Below, in pieces: positions 27,685 to 36,440 of a stretch of DNA of 37,462 nt. How positions within the stretch are numbered: the first letter of the stretch is position 1; each line of letters starts with the position of its first letter. Both the position numbers and the translations under genes were made by a program. The notes beneath the pieces were generated by a model that did not search any database, was not told where the DNA came from, and worked only from the letters and a program-made list of their open reading frames with translations. This stretch comes from Fidelibacterota bacterium (lineage in GTDB: Bacteria > Fidelibacterota > UBA2242): contig JBNGDF010000023.1 of the NCBI GenBank assembly GCA_049975265.1, positions 1 through 37,462 of the forward strand, read 5' to 3'.

Positions 27685-30258
27685 CTACTTCAAAAGTATC
27701 ATCTTTTTGGATTGTACATAATCACCGGCAACGATCTGGTAGATATACACACCTGCCGGCACAAGCCGGTTGTATTTATCCAATCCGTTCCAGGTAAGCG
27801 TATAATTTCCGGAAGGCTGATTCTTTTGCACTAACGTAATCACCTCTTGACCAATAATATTGTAGACTTTCAGTGTGACGTTACCACTTTTTTCGATTCC
27901 GTAATTGATGGTCGTCGTCGGGTTGAATGGATTCGGATAGTTCTGATCGAGGTAATAGCTGACCGGTACATTGACCTTGTCTTTGTCAATTCCAACAACC
28001 GTGCCGATATCATCATTATCCCTGACGATGATCTCATAATAGCTATAGGAATAGGTTAAATTACCGGTAATAAATTCAATCTGATCGCCGACAACCGGTT
28101 CATAATCATAATTACAGCTTGATTTGTATCCGTTGATTTGAACCACATAGCCATGATCGTCGGTTACTGTCCAGTCACCATTGTCATTTTTCGCGGATAT
28201 AACGGTTACTGAGGGGATTTTAACTAAAACACCTTCGTACTTTTCCGAGATTGTCGAATCACAGGGAATATCTGCTGAGCTGACTTCTACGGCTATGGCA
28301 TCGGTCGTACCGCTTAATTTAGTAATCGAAGCAACATTCCCGATTTCCGTCAATCCGTAATATTCCTGGACGGTGCCGACAACCTCCACGTTATCGCCAA
28401 TTGTCAAGTTCGGATATTCATCGGAGTAAATCATAATTCCGTTCCAAGCTGCGGCAGGATGGCTGGAATTTGAAAAATCCTGAACATGAAAAGACCGGGT
28501 ATACGTGGATGAATCAGATGTAACTGTCCCTGTAAATTTGACAAGTTTACCTTTCAGCGGTGAATCTCCACTGGCATCGTCAGTGAACTGAATATCGTAA
28601 ATCGTGGTCTCTGTCGGTCCTAAAACCATGAATGAATATAAAGAATCCGGAGCCGTCGCCGGGTCAAGACTTTCATTGTTATCATTGTCAGTCGCATGAA
28701 TGAAAAACCGGACCGTATCACCGTTATCCAGCGGGTCAATTTTAGCTTCATAGGCATAACCAGAGGTTTTTATCAGGATCTGTGGGGTAAAAGTACCACT
28801 GTTAACCGAATAATAGAGAGCCGCTTCACTAATCGTACCATCGTCGAGAATAGATGTTGTTACAGTTATGGTATCTTCGGGTTGAGGATTGACCGGATAA
28901 TATCGTGTGCCACTGATGATTGGCGGACCCACCATAACAACGATATCACGATCATACCTCGGTAGTAGCTCATATACGCCCCAGTGATGATACAAAACAC
29001 CGGTAATGGATTCAAACATTGTTCCGACCGCCGGTGCGCCGAGCGATACACTGTCCGAGTAGCCGAAATTAACCCATAAACCACGCCCGCTGGCATCAAC
29101 GACCAGTGGATCGCCATAGTTATTGACACTGTCAACCATGACATTCACAACTTGCATCAGGACATTTTCATACTTTTCCGGTTCATACCCGGGGATGCCA
29201 TCATAGTAGAGGCTGTCATTAAATATACTGGTATTCACAACAACAGGTTCCGGCAAATCGCAGTACATTGCGTGCACCACAATCTCTTCGGTAGCGAAAA
29301 ATTCCGTCGTATTACCGGGATAAGTATTACTCCAGTATTCGCTGACATAACCGGTAACCGAAATAGAGTCTCCTTCGAAAACGGTCGCCACTTCCTCACT
29401 GAAATAATCGTAAATCATAATACCACTCCAGGCACCGCCTCCCGATTGCTGCAGGTAGTATTTTTTTCCATCACCTCCATACATAAGCCCGGACTGAACC
29501 GTCACGATCCCGGTTATCGTCAGTGTATCGCCGTAGAACAACGAACTGTCATTGCCGGCAATCACATCACACTCCCGAACCTGCTGGATGGATTGGATCA
29601 TGGTTGACCCGTTAATCGCTCCAAAATCGTAAGCAGCGCGGGGTTGGATTTCATTGTGACCATAGGATAAAAAGGCGACGCCTACGATCCAGTCAATGAC
29701 ATCACCAACTTTTTGCTTATAGAAGTAATTATCATCGGCTCTGGTACCAATTTTACATTCACCTGAGCCGTCGTCCACCAGCCAGGCATAGGAACCGTCT
29801 GTCTCATCGGTAACGGTTACATTTTTTACTTTGACGAGAACACTTTCGTACTGTTCGGCACTATCAATTCCGGCGGTTGTCCCTTCGACCGGTTCAATCC
29901 ATTTGCAAGAATCCAATTTAACCAGTTCCGTTACGTCAACTATTTCAGTCAGACCGTAATACTCATCTACTTTACCGGTGACTTGGACACTGTCGCCTTC
30001 CATAACTTCATAGGTACTACTCGAACCTATATAGACCTGAATCCCGTTCCAGGGACCGGGCGCATCCTGCATGAAAAAGTAGCCGCTGCTGAAAGTATAA
30101 CGCCCCACCGTCACAATCCCGGAGATAGTAACCACCTGATCTTTTAAGGGAGAATCCCCGGTGGGATCGGTAGTATACTGGATGTCGTAAATGGGCGTGA
30201 TCGTCTGTGCCAGCAACACACTTCCCAGCAATACAATGAATAGTAACGATTTTCGCAT
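27685..30258 (-). CDS. Secreted protein with three tandem-OB-fold repeats, one Ig-like domain and a FlgD/T9SS type A-like C-terminal domain
   Basis: Signal peptide; repeats beginning 'TPIYDIQ...GDSPLKDQVVTISGIVT', 'TMIQSIQ...DSSLFYGDTLTITGIVT', 'TTIYDIQ...GDSPLKGKLVKFTGTVT', each with 'W[NS]GI.IY', 'GD.V.V.G.V.EY', 'E.YE.VL' (YhcR/ExeM-like OB pattern); 'QNYPNPFNPTT...KKMILLK'; GGAGG SD. Confidence 0.87.
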   Translation of the reverse strand: MRKSLLFIVLLGSVLLAQTITPIYDIQYTTDPTGDSPLKDQVVTISGIVTVGRYTFSSGYFFMQDAPGPWNGIQVYIGSSSTYEVMEGDSVQVTGKVDEYYGLTEIVDVTELVKLDSCKWIEPVEGTTAGIDSAEQYESVLVKVKNVTVTDETDGSYAWLVDDGSGECKIGTRADDNYFYKQKVGDVIDWIVGVAFLSYGHNEIQPRAAYDFGAINGSTMIQSIQQVRECDVIAGNDSSLFYGDTLTITGIVTVQSGLMYGGDGKKYYLQQSGGGAWSGIMIYDYFSEEVATVFEGDSISVTGYVSEYWSNTYPGNTTEFFATEEIVVHAMYCDLPEPVVVNTSIFNDSLYYDGIPGYEPEKYENVLMQVVNVMVDSVNNYGDPLVVDASGRGLWVNFGYSDSVSLGAPAVGTMFESITGVLYHHWGVYELLPRYDRDIVVMVGPPIISGTRYYPVNPQPEDTITVTTSILDDGTISEAALYYSVNSGTFTPQILIKTSGYAYEAKIDPLDNGDTVRFFIHATDNDNNESLDPATAPDSLYSFMVLGPTETTIYDIQFTDDASGDSPLKGKLVKFTGTVTSDSSTYTRSFHVQDFSNSSHPAAAWNGIMIYSDEYPNLTIGDNVEVVGTVQEYYGLTEIGNVASITKLSGTTDAIAVEVSSADIPCDSTISEKYEGVLVKIPSVTVISAKNDNGDWTVTDDHGYVVQINGYKSSCNYDYEPVVGDQIEFITGNLTYSYSYYEIIVRDNDDIGTVVGIDKDKVNVPVSYYLDQNYPNPFNPTTTINYGIEKSGNVTLKVYNIIGQEVITLVQKNQPSGNYTLTWNGLDKYNRLVPAGVYIYQIVAGDYVQSKKMILLK

Positions 30259-30269
30259 GTTCTTTCCTC

Positions 30270-32417
30270 CTATTTTATGATTGCGAACTTACCTATTGAT
30301 ATTTTATCATTATCCAAATCTTCAACTGCAAACATATACAGTCCGGCAGCAACCGCCTGGTTATGACGTGTAATCAGGTCCCAGGCATGTTCTCCGCCGG
30401 AAAAAACCGGTTCGGTTCCGAAAGTCACTTCCGCCAGCAATTCTATATCCGATCCGTTATAAGTCGCAGCATCATGCTGAATCACATCGATCAGCTCCCC
30501 GGAAAGTGTATAAATCCGGATTTCCGCCCGGGGAGGCAGATTGGTGAACCAGATCATCCGCTCCCTTTCGCCAAATCCATCCCAGTCGGCGGTTGCCCGA
30601 TAGGGATTCGGATAAACACCGATTTTACGTTCCAGCCTTGGATTGGTCGTAGTTCCCGGAATGGCATATACCTTAGAAGCGGCACTTTCCGAACTTTCGA
30701 TATTATTGGATGCATCACCAAAATCAAAGGCGACGACCGAGTACCAGTTCCGTGCCGGCCAGCCATTTTTAAGATCGTAATCGGTAAATTTATACTGAAA
30801 TTCCATAGAATCACCGTTAATTATAAACCACCGTGAAGATGGATTTCCTTCGGAATCATAGATCCGTGCCTGATCGAGTCCGGTATTATAATTGGTAAAA
30901 CCGATAGGCTGCACCTCAAATTTGTCAATAATATCGTATTGTGCCAACAGGGTGTTCTCTTTCCCGACCCCGGTCTTGCGACCCCCGTAAATCCGATAAC
31001 CTTCGAAATCGATGATTTCGGTAACCGGGTCGTATGCGTCGGGATTATTCGGGTCTTCGGCAGTGTCATCCCAGTATACGGTTATCTGCTGATCGCCGGG
31101 CACCACATGCATGTTCGGCGAGGGCGGCGGACCCGGCAGCTTATACCCCAGATCGTAGGCGCGCTGAGCCCAGGCAGCATTTTCATAGAGCTCCTGGCGA
31201 CGGTCTTCCGTATCATCCTGTGAGTCGGTGGACCACAAACCGCATACAACAGCAAAGGTAATCTCGATCTCCTGACCCGCCTCCCAGACCGTTTCATTGA
31301 ATTCATTTTGCAAATTTCCAAAGGGTCCGGCAGAAATCAGCACCATCCAGCTGGCGGGCTCCGTAATCAGTTCATAACTCGAACCGGGATACAAATGCAT
31401 CCTCTCATACATCGCTTCGTCACCAATGGGTGTGGAGTGGTGATCAACTCCCTGAAGCTCGTTCCCATTCCAGGGCCATTGATCGTAATAGACATCAAAA
31501 TTTGATTCTGCGGCGGAGGGCGATCCCAGATATTTTACACCAAAATAGCTCTGCGCCCAGCCCTGATCACCGTCGAGATCCGTCTGATATGCCAGCGAGA
31601 GTGAATCGATAAAATTGTTGCGGTTATCGTACCAGTCCCAGCCGCCCCCGGGCTCGCAATTACTGGTAAAGTTCATATTCCCCACCGAGGCATCAAACCA
31701 GAGCCCCACATAGGGATCAATGATCTGGTCTTCTGATATATTTTTCAAGCGATAATTCAGGATCACAAAGGAATTGGCATAAGGATAATTCCAACAATAG
31801 GTTTCGAGATGAACTTTAATTCCCAGCGGCTCATGGGGAATCTGGATTTCCGTGCCCGGAATCACCTGGGCAGTATCGGTAAACTCCGCAATCATATCCT
31901 GGTGCGAAACCGCCGCACTGTCATAATGGCTCGCCAACTGTTGAATAACGGGATCGGTGGTCCGTTTGTTGAATGTCGATCGAATCCGGACAATGTCGCT
32001 TGAGTCGGCGGTACTGGAAAATTCTCTGCCTGCCGGTCGGGAACCGTATTCATCAGACACGAATCCGTCGGTGATTGCCGATGAAACCAGAATTTTGTTA
32101 TTCTTTATTCCTCCCACCCAAAGACCGGCGTAGGAAAAATGCTCCACCTGTTCCTGTTTGTATTCCGAATACAATTTATATCGGCAGGATGGCTGGACAC
32201 AGGTCTCATATCCCTCACCCAAAATCCCGTAATTTGTCACCGTCATACCGATCTGACCGGCAAAGGTATAGTGAGTAAAATCGCGGATATTCGGCTTCTG
32301 CAGAATCTGAGACATGGTTTGAACGGAAACGATCAGCCCCACGATCCCCGATAAGATCATGCTGAACAAATAAACAGAGTTGTTTAACCGGCGGTTTTTG
32401 ACCGTTTTCTTAGCCAT
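30270..32417 (-). CDS. Secreted protein with FN3-like domain and 'VYPNPY...WDL...KFAIIK' C-terminal sorting-type domain; function unknown
   Basis: Signal peptide; 'GMTVTNYGILG', 'AGLWVGG', 'PLGIKVHLETYCW', 'PPPSP...VPGDQQITVYWD...DFEGYRIY', 'IGVYPNPY...IWFTNLP...IRIYTLSGELI...WDLIT...AAGLYMFAV'. First gene of the cluster. Confidence 0.8.
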   Translation of the reverse strand: MAKKTVKNRRLNNSVYLFSMILSGIVGLIVSVQTMSQILQKPNIRDFTHYTFAGQIGMTVTNYGILGEGYETCVQPSCRYKLYSEYKQEQVEHFSYAGLWVGGIKNNKILVSSAITDGFVSDEYGSRPAGREFSSTADSSDIVRIRSTFNKRTTDPVIQQLASHYDSAAVSHQDMIAEFTDTAQVIPGTEIQIPHEPLGIKVHLETYCWNYPYANSFVILNYRLKNISEDQIIDPYVGLWFDASVGNMNFTSNCEPGGGWDWYDNRNNFIDSLSLAYQTDLDGDQGWAQSYFGVKYLGSPSAAESNFDVYYDQWPWNGNELQGVDHHSTPIGDEAMYERMHLYPGSSYELITEPASWMVLISAGPFGNLQNEFNETVWEAGQEIEITFAVVCGLWSTDSQDDTEDRRQELYENAAWAQRAYDLGYKLPGPPPSPNMHVVPGDQQITVYWDDTAEDPNNPDAYDPVTEIIDFEGYRIYGGRKTGVGKENTLLAQYDIIDKFEVQPIGFTNYNTGLDQARIYDSEGNPSSRWFIINGDSMEFQYKFTDYDLKNGWPARNWYSVVAFDFGDASNNIESSESAASKVYAIPGTTTNPRLERKIGVYPNPYRATADWDGFGERERMIWFTNLPPRAEIRIYTLSGELIDVIQHDAATYNGSDIELLAEVTFGTEPVFSGGEHAWDLITRHNQAVAAGLYMFAVEDLDNDKISIGKFAIIK

Positions 32418-32761
32418 TTTTTTTATTTAAAAGAGATGAATCGCATGCAACATTACCAAACGATGAAAATCTACAAAACCAAAACGCAAACATAAAGAAA
32501 ATTCTTACTTTCTTTTTACAACTTCCTACAACATATTGTTTATTAATTAATAAAAGATACAAGATAACCGGGCTCTTAAAGCATTTTCTAAGGTTTTTAT
32601 GTTGTTTAATATCTGCCTTAAAAATCTGAATTTTCTGAAGTTTATAAAAGGATTAAGTCTTCATGTTTTGTCAGCTATACGTCGAAAAATGCAATACCTT
32701 TCTATGAGCCTGACTTTCATTCAAATTTTGGTAGATACAGTGACCGGATTCGTAAATCCCC

Positions 32762-32790
32762 TTGACTTAAGGGACGAAAATCTGTAAAAT
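32762..32790 (+). promoter_or_regulatory. Sigma70-type promoter for the 32831-36929 unit
   Basis: TTGACT, 17-nt spacer, TAAAAT; 40 nt upstream of the ATG at 32831. Confidence 0.72.
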
Positions 32791-32830
32791 TTCCTGCTTT
32801 TTTAATTGTTACATCCTAATCCAATTTGCA

Positions 32831-34336
32831 ATGAAAAACCTGACTGAATATATCTTTCAATATGCTGCCGAAAAACCGGATTCACCCTTCATCATTCATG
32901 GTGATTACGCAATTACATTTCAGAAAGCCGCTGCACAGATTTCCGCGATTTCCCAGGAACTGATGGATACCGGTCTGAAATCGGGACAGACTGCGGGCAT
33001 CCTGATGCAGAATTGTCCCGAATTCATTATATGCTATCTGGCTGTGCTGAACGTTGGAGGACTTGCTTCATTGCTGCCTTGGTCCATGTCTGAAGGTGAA
33101 GTTGCAACACTGGCAACCACTACCCGGATCGATGCTCTTTTCTATTCAGTGGATTTTCAGGAGCATAAAAACCAAATCCTAAATCTCTCCAATCACCCGA
33201 TCAGATGTTATGTCCATGGACGCAAGACCGATTCCGAAGCGACCAATATTTACGATATTATTGATCATAAAAAGGTCGGTGATTCTGTCGGTACATCAAC
33301 ATCCCGCGCCAATGCTGTTATTCTGTTCAGCGCCGGCGATTATTCGCATCCGAAATCGCTGGTATTCACGCACGGGAGTCTGATTGCAACTGCTCTAAGC
33401 ATTTCCGAAAACTTTCCGGAATATTACCATGCCCGGATTTATACAAGTTTGCCCTTTTTCCACTATTACCCTTTTACGCTGGTTCTCAATCTTGCCATTG
33501 TCAGGGGTAATACGATTATCATCCCTTCAGACAGCAGCCGCGAACAACTATATAAAGCCATTGCAAAACAGAAAATTAATATCTTTGTCAGCAATAATAG
33601 TTTCATCAGAGAGCTGGTCGGTGAACAGCGCCTCGATCCCGAACTGCTGCCGTCGATTGATTACTTTATACCGGTCAGTAACAGTTTTACGATTGAGACA
33701 AAAAATGTCATTTCCGAGCGCAGCCACGCTTATATTGTTGAAGCATACGGGGTTGCCGAAGCGCCGGTAATCTCCATGAATTGCAATGGTTATTACAACC
33801 ATGTTGCCTCCATTGGAAGACCGCTTTCCTGCTGTGAGGTGAAGATTGTCGATGAAAACGGCAATCGTCTTCGCGAAAACGAACCGGGTTTTTTATGGGT
33901 CAGGGGCAAGAACGTGTTTCACCACTATTTTGATAAATATCCGATCGTTGAGAGAACCCCGGAAGAATGGGTTGATACCGGTGATGTAGCGTTTTTGAAT
34001 GAGGAGGGTTATCTTTTCTGGCAATGCAAACGGAGAGATTGGATTTTGCGAGACGGCTTTCATGTCAATCCAACCGACATCCTGACCGTTGTGCAACAAT
34101 TCCCGGGCGTCAAAGAATCAACCATTATTAAAAAAAATCAGCGCTTCGATGACGACCAGATTGTCCTGGTAGTGACAAAACAGGATGACGTCGAGCTTGA
34201 CATTCAGAATCTGATGACACACTGCCATGAAAATCTGCCGAAATATATGGTTCCCGATTCAATCAGCGTTGTTGCACATTTCGAGCGCAACTGCATTGGC
34301 ATAATTAAAAAATCACATATAACCTTTGAGGAGTAA
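32831..34336 (+). CDS. Class I adenylate-forming (acyl-CoA synthetase-like) protein with degenerate catalytic motifs
   Basis: Full-length ANL layout: 'ILMQNCPEF', 'ILFSAGDYSHPKSLVFTH', 'LPFFH', 'EAYGVAE', 'SIGRPL', 'WVDTGD', 'LPKYMVP'. Confidence 0.88.
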   Translation: MKNLTEYIFQYAAEKPDSPFIIHGDYAITFQKAAAQISAISQELMDTGLKSGQTAGILMQNCPEFIICYLAVLNVGGLASLLPWSMSEGEVATLATTTRIDALFYSVDFQEHKNQILNLSNHPIRCYVHGRKTDSEATNIYDIIDHKKVGDSVGTSTSRANAVILFSAGDYSHPKSLVFTHGSLIATALSISENFPEYYHARIYTSLPFFHYYPFTLVLNLAIVRGNTIIIPSDSSREQLYKAIAKQKINIFVSNNSFIRELVGEQRLDPELLPSIDYFIPVSNSFTIETKNVISERSHAYIVEAYGVAEAPVISMNCNGYYNHVASIGRPLSCCEVKIVDENGNRLRENEPGFLWVRGKNVFHHYFDKYPIVERTPEEWVDTGDVAFLNEEGYLFWQCKRRDWILRDGFHVNPTDILTVVQQFPGVKESTIIKKNQRFDDDQIVLVVTKQDDVELDIQNLMTHCHENLPKYMVPDSISVVAHFERNCIGIIKKSHITFEE

Positions 34337-34350
34337 AAAGGAGGACAATT

Positions 34351-36438
34351 TTGAAAGAATTCCAGACCAATGAAATCCGTAATGTCGCCGTTTTAGGGCA
34401 TGCATCATCCGGAAAAACATCCCTGGTGGAAGCCATGCTTTTTTCCGCCGGTGCCACCAATCGCCTCGGTCGTATAGACGACGGGTCCACCGTTTCTGAT
34501 TACAATGAAGATGAAATCGAAAGGAAATTTTCCATATCCTCATCGCTCCTGAATTGTGAATGGAATAAAGCCAAAATTAATCTGATTGATACACCTGGAT
34601 ATCTGGACTTTATCGGTGAAGCCAAGGCGGTTACGCCGGTGGTGGACTTAGGCTTGGTTGTGATACACGCACAGGCTGGCGTGGAGCTGGGCAGTGAATT
34701 GGTATTTAACTATACCAAAGAAGACCAGATACCGGTTTTCTTTGTTATCAATATGCTGGATAAGGAGCATGCCAATTTTGACAAGACGCTGGAGAGCATG
34801 CAGGAGTCCTTTGGGAAGCAGGTCATTCCTTTCCAGATTCCTCTGAATCAGGGAGTTGATTTTGACTCGGTAATTGATGTGTTGCGCAACAAACTCTATA
34901 CATTTACCAAAGATGGCAAAGGTACGGTGAAAGAGAGTGCCGTTCCGGCTGACCAACAGGCTACCATCAATGCTCTCCGTGAACAGATTATCGAATATGT
35001 CGCCGAATCCGACGACACCTTGCTGGAGAAATTTTTTGAAGAGGGCACATTGAGTGAAGAAGAGATGATGGGTGGTCTGAAAGCCGCCATTGCCAATCGC
35101 AATATCTTCCCCGTTTTTACAACATCAGCCTTTACCAATATCGGTACTGCAACGCTGCTGGATGCCCTGGTCGAATATGCACCGGCGCCTGATTTCAAAG
35201 GACGGGTCAGCGGGATTGTCGGCGATAAAACCGTAGAGCGAAAGATTGACGACAGTGAGGCAACCTCCCTGTTAATTTTCAAAACAAGTAGTGAAAGACA
35301 TATCGGCGAACTCTACTTTTTCAGAGTAATGTCGGGATCGATTCGGGCGGGGATCGATTTATTGAATGTCAATACCAACAGTACCGAACGAATCAGTCAG
35401 ATATTCGTAATCAATGGTCGGGAAAAACATGAAGTTGCCCATCTGCATGCCGGTGATATCGGCGCTGTGGTGAAATTGAAGAACACCCATACCAACGATA
35501 CGCTATCGGATCCAAAGGCACCCATTCACTATTCGGAAATCAAAATGCCCGATCCTGTATTACAGGTGGCGATTGAACCAAAATCCCGGGATGATGAAGA
35601 AAAAATTAATGCCGGTCTGCAGACGCTCACCGATGAGGACCCAACCGCCAGTTTTCATTATGATCCGGAGCTGAAACAGACCATTTTATCCGGACAGGGT
35701 GAACTGCATCTGACGATTTTACTGGAGCGTCTGAAACAGAAATTCAATGTCGACGTCAATCAGTTGCCGCCCCGTATCCCGTACCGTGAAACCATCCGCA
35801 AAAAAGCGGAGTCGAAATATCGTCATAAAAAGCAATCGGGAGGCGCTGGTCAGTTTGCCGAAGTCTGGATGACGGTCGAACCCAACGAACGCGGCAGCGG
35901 TGTCGAATTTACAAACTCCCTTGTCGGTCAGAATGTCGACCGGGTATTTGTTCCCTCAGTGGAAAAGGGTGTTAAAGCTGCCTCGGAAGAGGGGATTTTA
36001 GCAGGTTATCAGGTAACCGACGTGAAAGCCAATTTTTACGATGGCAAAATGCACCCGGTGGATTCAAAGGATATCGCCTTTCAGATTGCTGGTAAAGGTG
36101 CGTTTAAAGAAGCCTTTTTAGCCGCTGATCCAATTCTTCTGGAACCAATCTATGATCTGACGGTCATCGTGCCGGAGGAATTTATGGGCGATATCATGGG
36201 TGACATTTCTGTCCGGCGCGGTAAAATCCAGGGCATAGAGTCCGAAGGTACTTTCCAAAAAATTAAAGCCAAAGTCCCGCTGGCAGAATTATATCGCTAT
36301 AGTACCTCCCTGCGTTCCATGACTCAGGGAAAAGGGATGCATAAACAGAAATTCTCACATTACGAACCGATGCCCCGGGAAATTCAGGATAAAGTTGTTG
36401 CCGAATATAAACGGGAGCGTGAAGAGGAACATTCTTAA
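34351..36438 (+). CDS. fusA: Elongation factor G paralog (EF-G2-type), outside the str operon
   Basis: All five EF-G domains: 'IRNVAVLGHASSGKTSL', 'DTPGYLDF', 'EDPT...SGQGELHL', 'PYRETI', 'KKQSGGAGQF', 'HPVDS', 'LLEPIY', 'LRSMTQG'. TTG start with GGAGG SD; no rpsL/rpsG/tuf neighbours. Confidence 0.93.
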   Translation: MKEFQTNEIRNVAVLGHASSGKTSLVEAMLFSAGATNRLGRIDDGSTVSDYNEDEIERKFSISSSLLNCEWNKAKINLIDTPGYLDFIGEAKAVTPVVDLGLVVIHAQAGVELGSELVFNYTKEDQIPVFFVINMLDKEHANFDKTLESMQESFGKQVIPFQIPLNQGVDFDSVIDVLRNKLYTFTKDGKGTVKESAVPADQQATINALREQIIEYVAESDDTLLEKFFEEGTLSEEEMMGGLKAAIANRNIFPVFTTSAFTNIGTATLLDALVEYAPAPDFKGRVSGIVGDKTVERKIDDSEATSLLIFKTSSERHIGELYFFRVMSGSIRAGIDLLNVNTNSTERISQIFVINGREKHEVAHLHAGDIGAVVKLKNTHTNDTLSDPKAPIHYSEIKMPDPVLQVAIEPKSRDDEEKINAGLQTLTDEDPTASFHYDPELKQTILSGQGELHLTILLERLKQKFNVDVNQLPPRIPYRETIRKKAESKYRHKKQSGGAGQFAEVWMTVEPNERGSGVEFTNSLVGQNVDRVFVPSVEKGVKAASEEGILAGYQVTDVKANFYDGKMHPVDSKDIAFQIAGKGAFKEAFLAADPILLEPIYDLTVIVPEEFMGDIMGDISVRRGKIQGIESEGTFQKIKAKVPLAELYRYSTSLRSMTQGKGMHKQKFSHYEPMPREIQDKVVAEYKREREEEHS

Positions 36439-36440
36439 TC

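Noticed and set aside
7352..30836. Long antisense ORFs (e.g. 7352-7945, 11812-12414, 15342-15968, 17132-17629, 22466-22987, 26552-27121, 30363-30836)
   Set aside because: Each lies wholly opposite a well-supported gene and has no recognisable motif; these are typical shadow ORFs.
32599..32787. 62-aa ORF in the divergent intergenic region
   Set aside because: No motif, and it overlaps the predicted promoter at 32762-32790.
34351..36438. TetM/TetO ribosomal protection protein
   Set aside because: It keeps the EF-G domain IV motifs (KKQSGG.GQF, HPVDS) and EF-G length, and has no mobile context.
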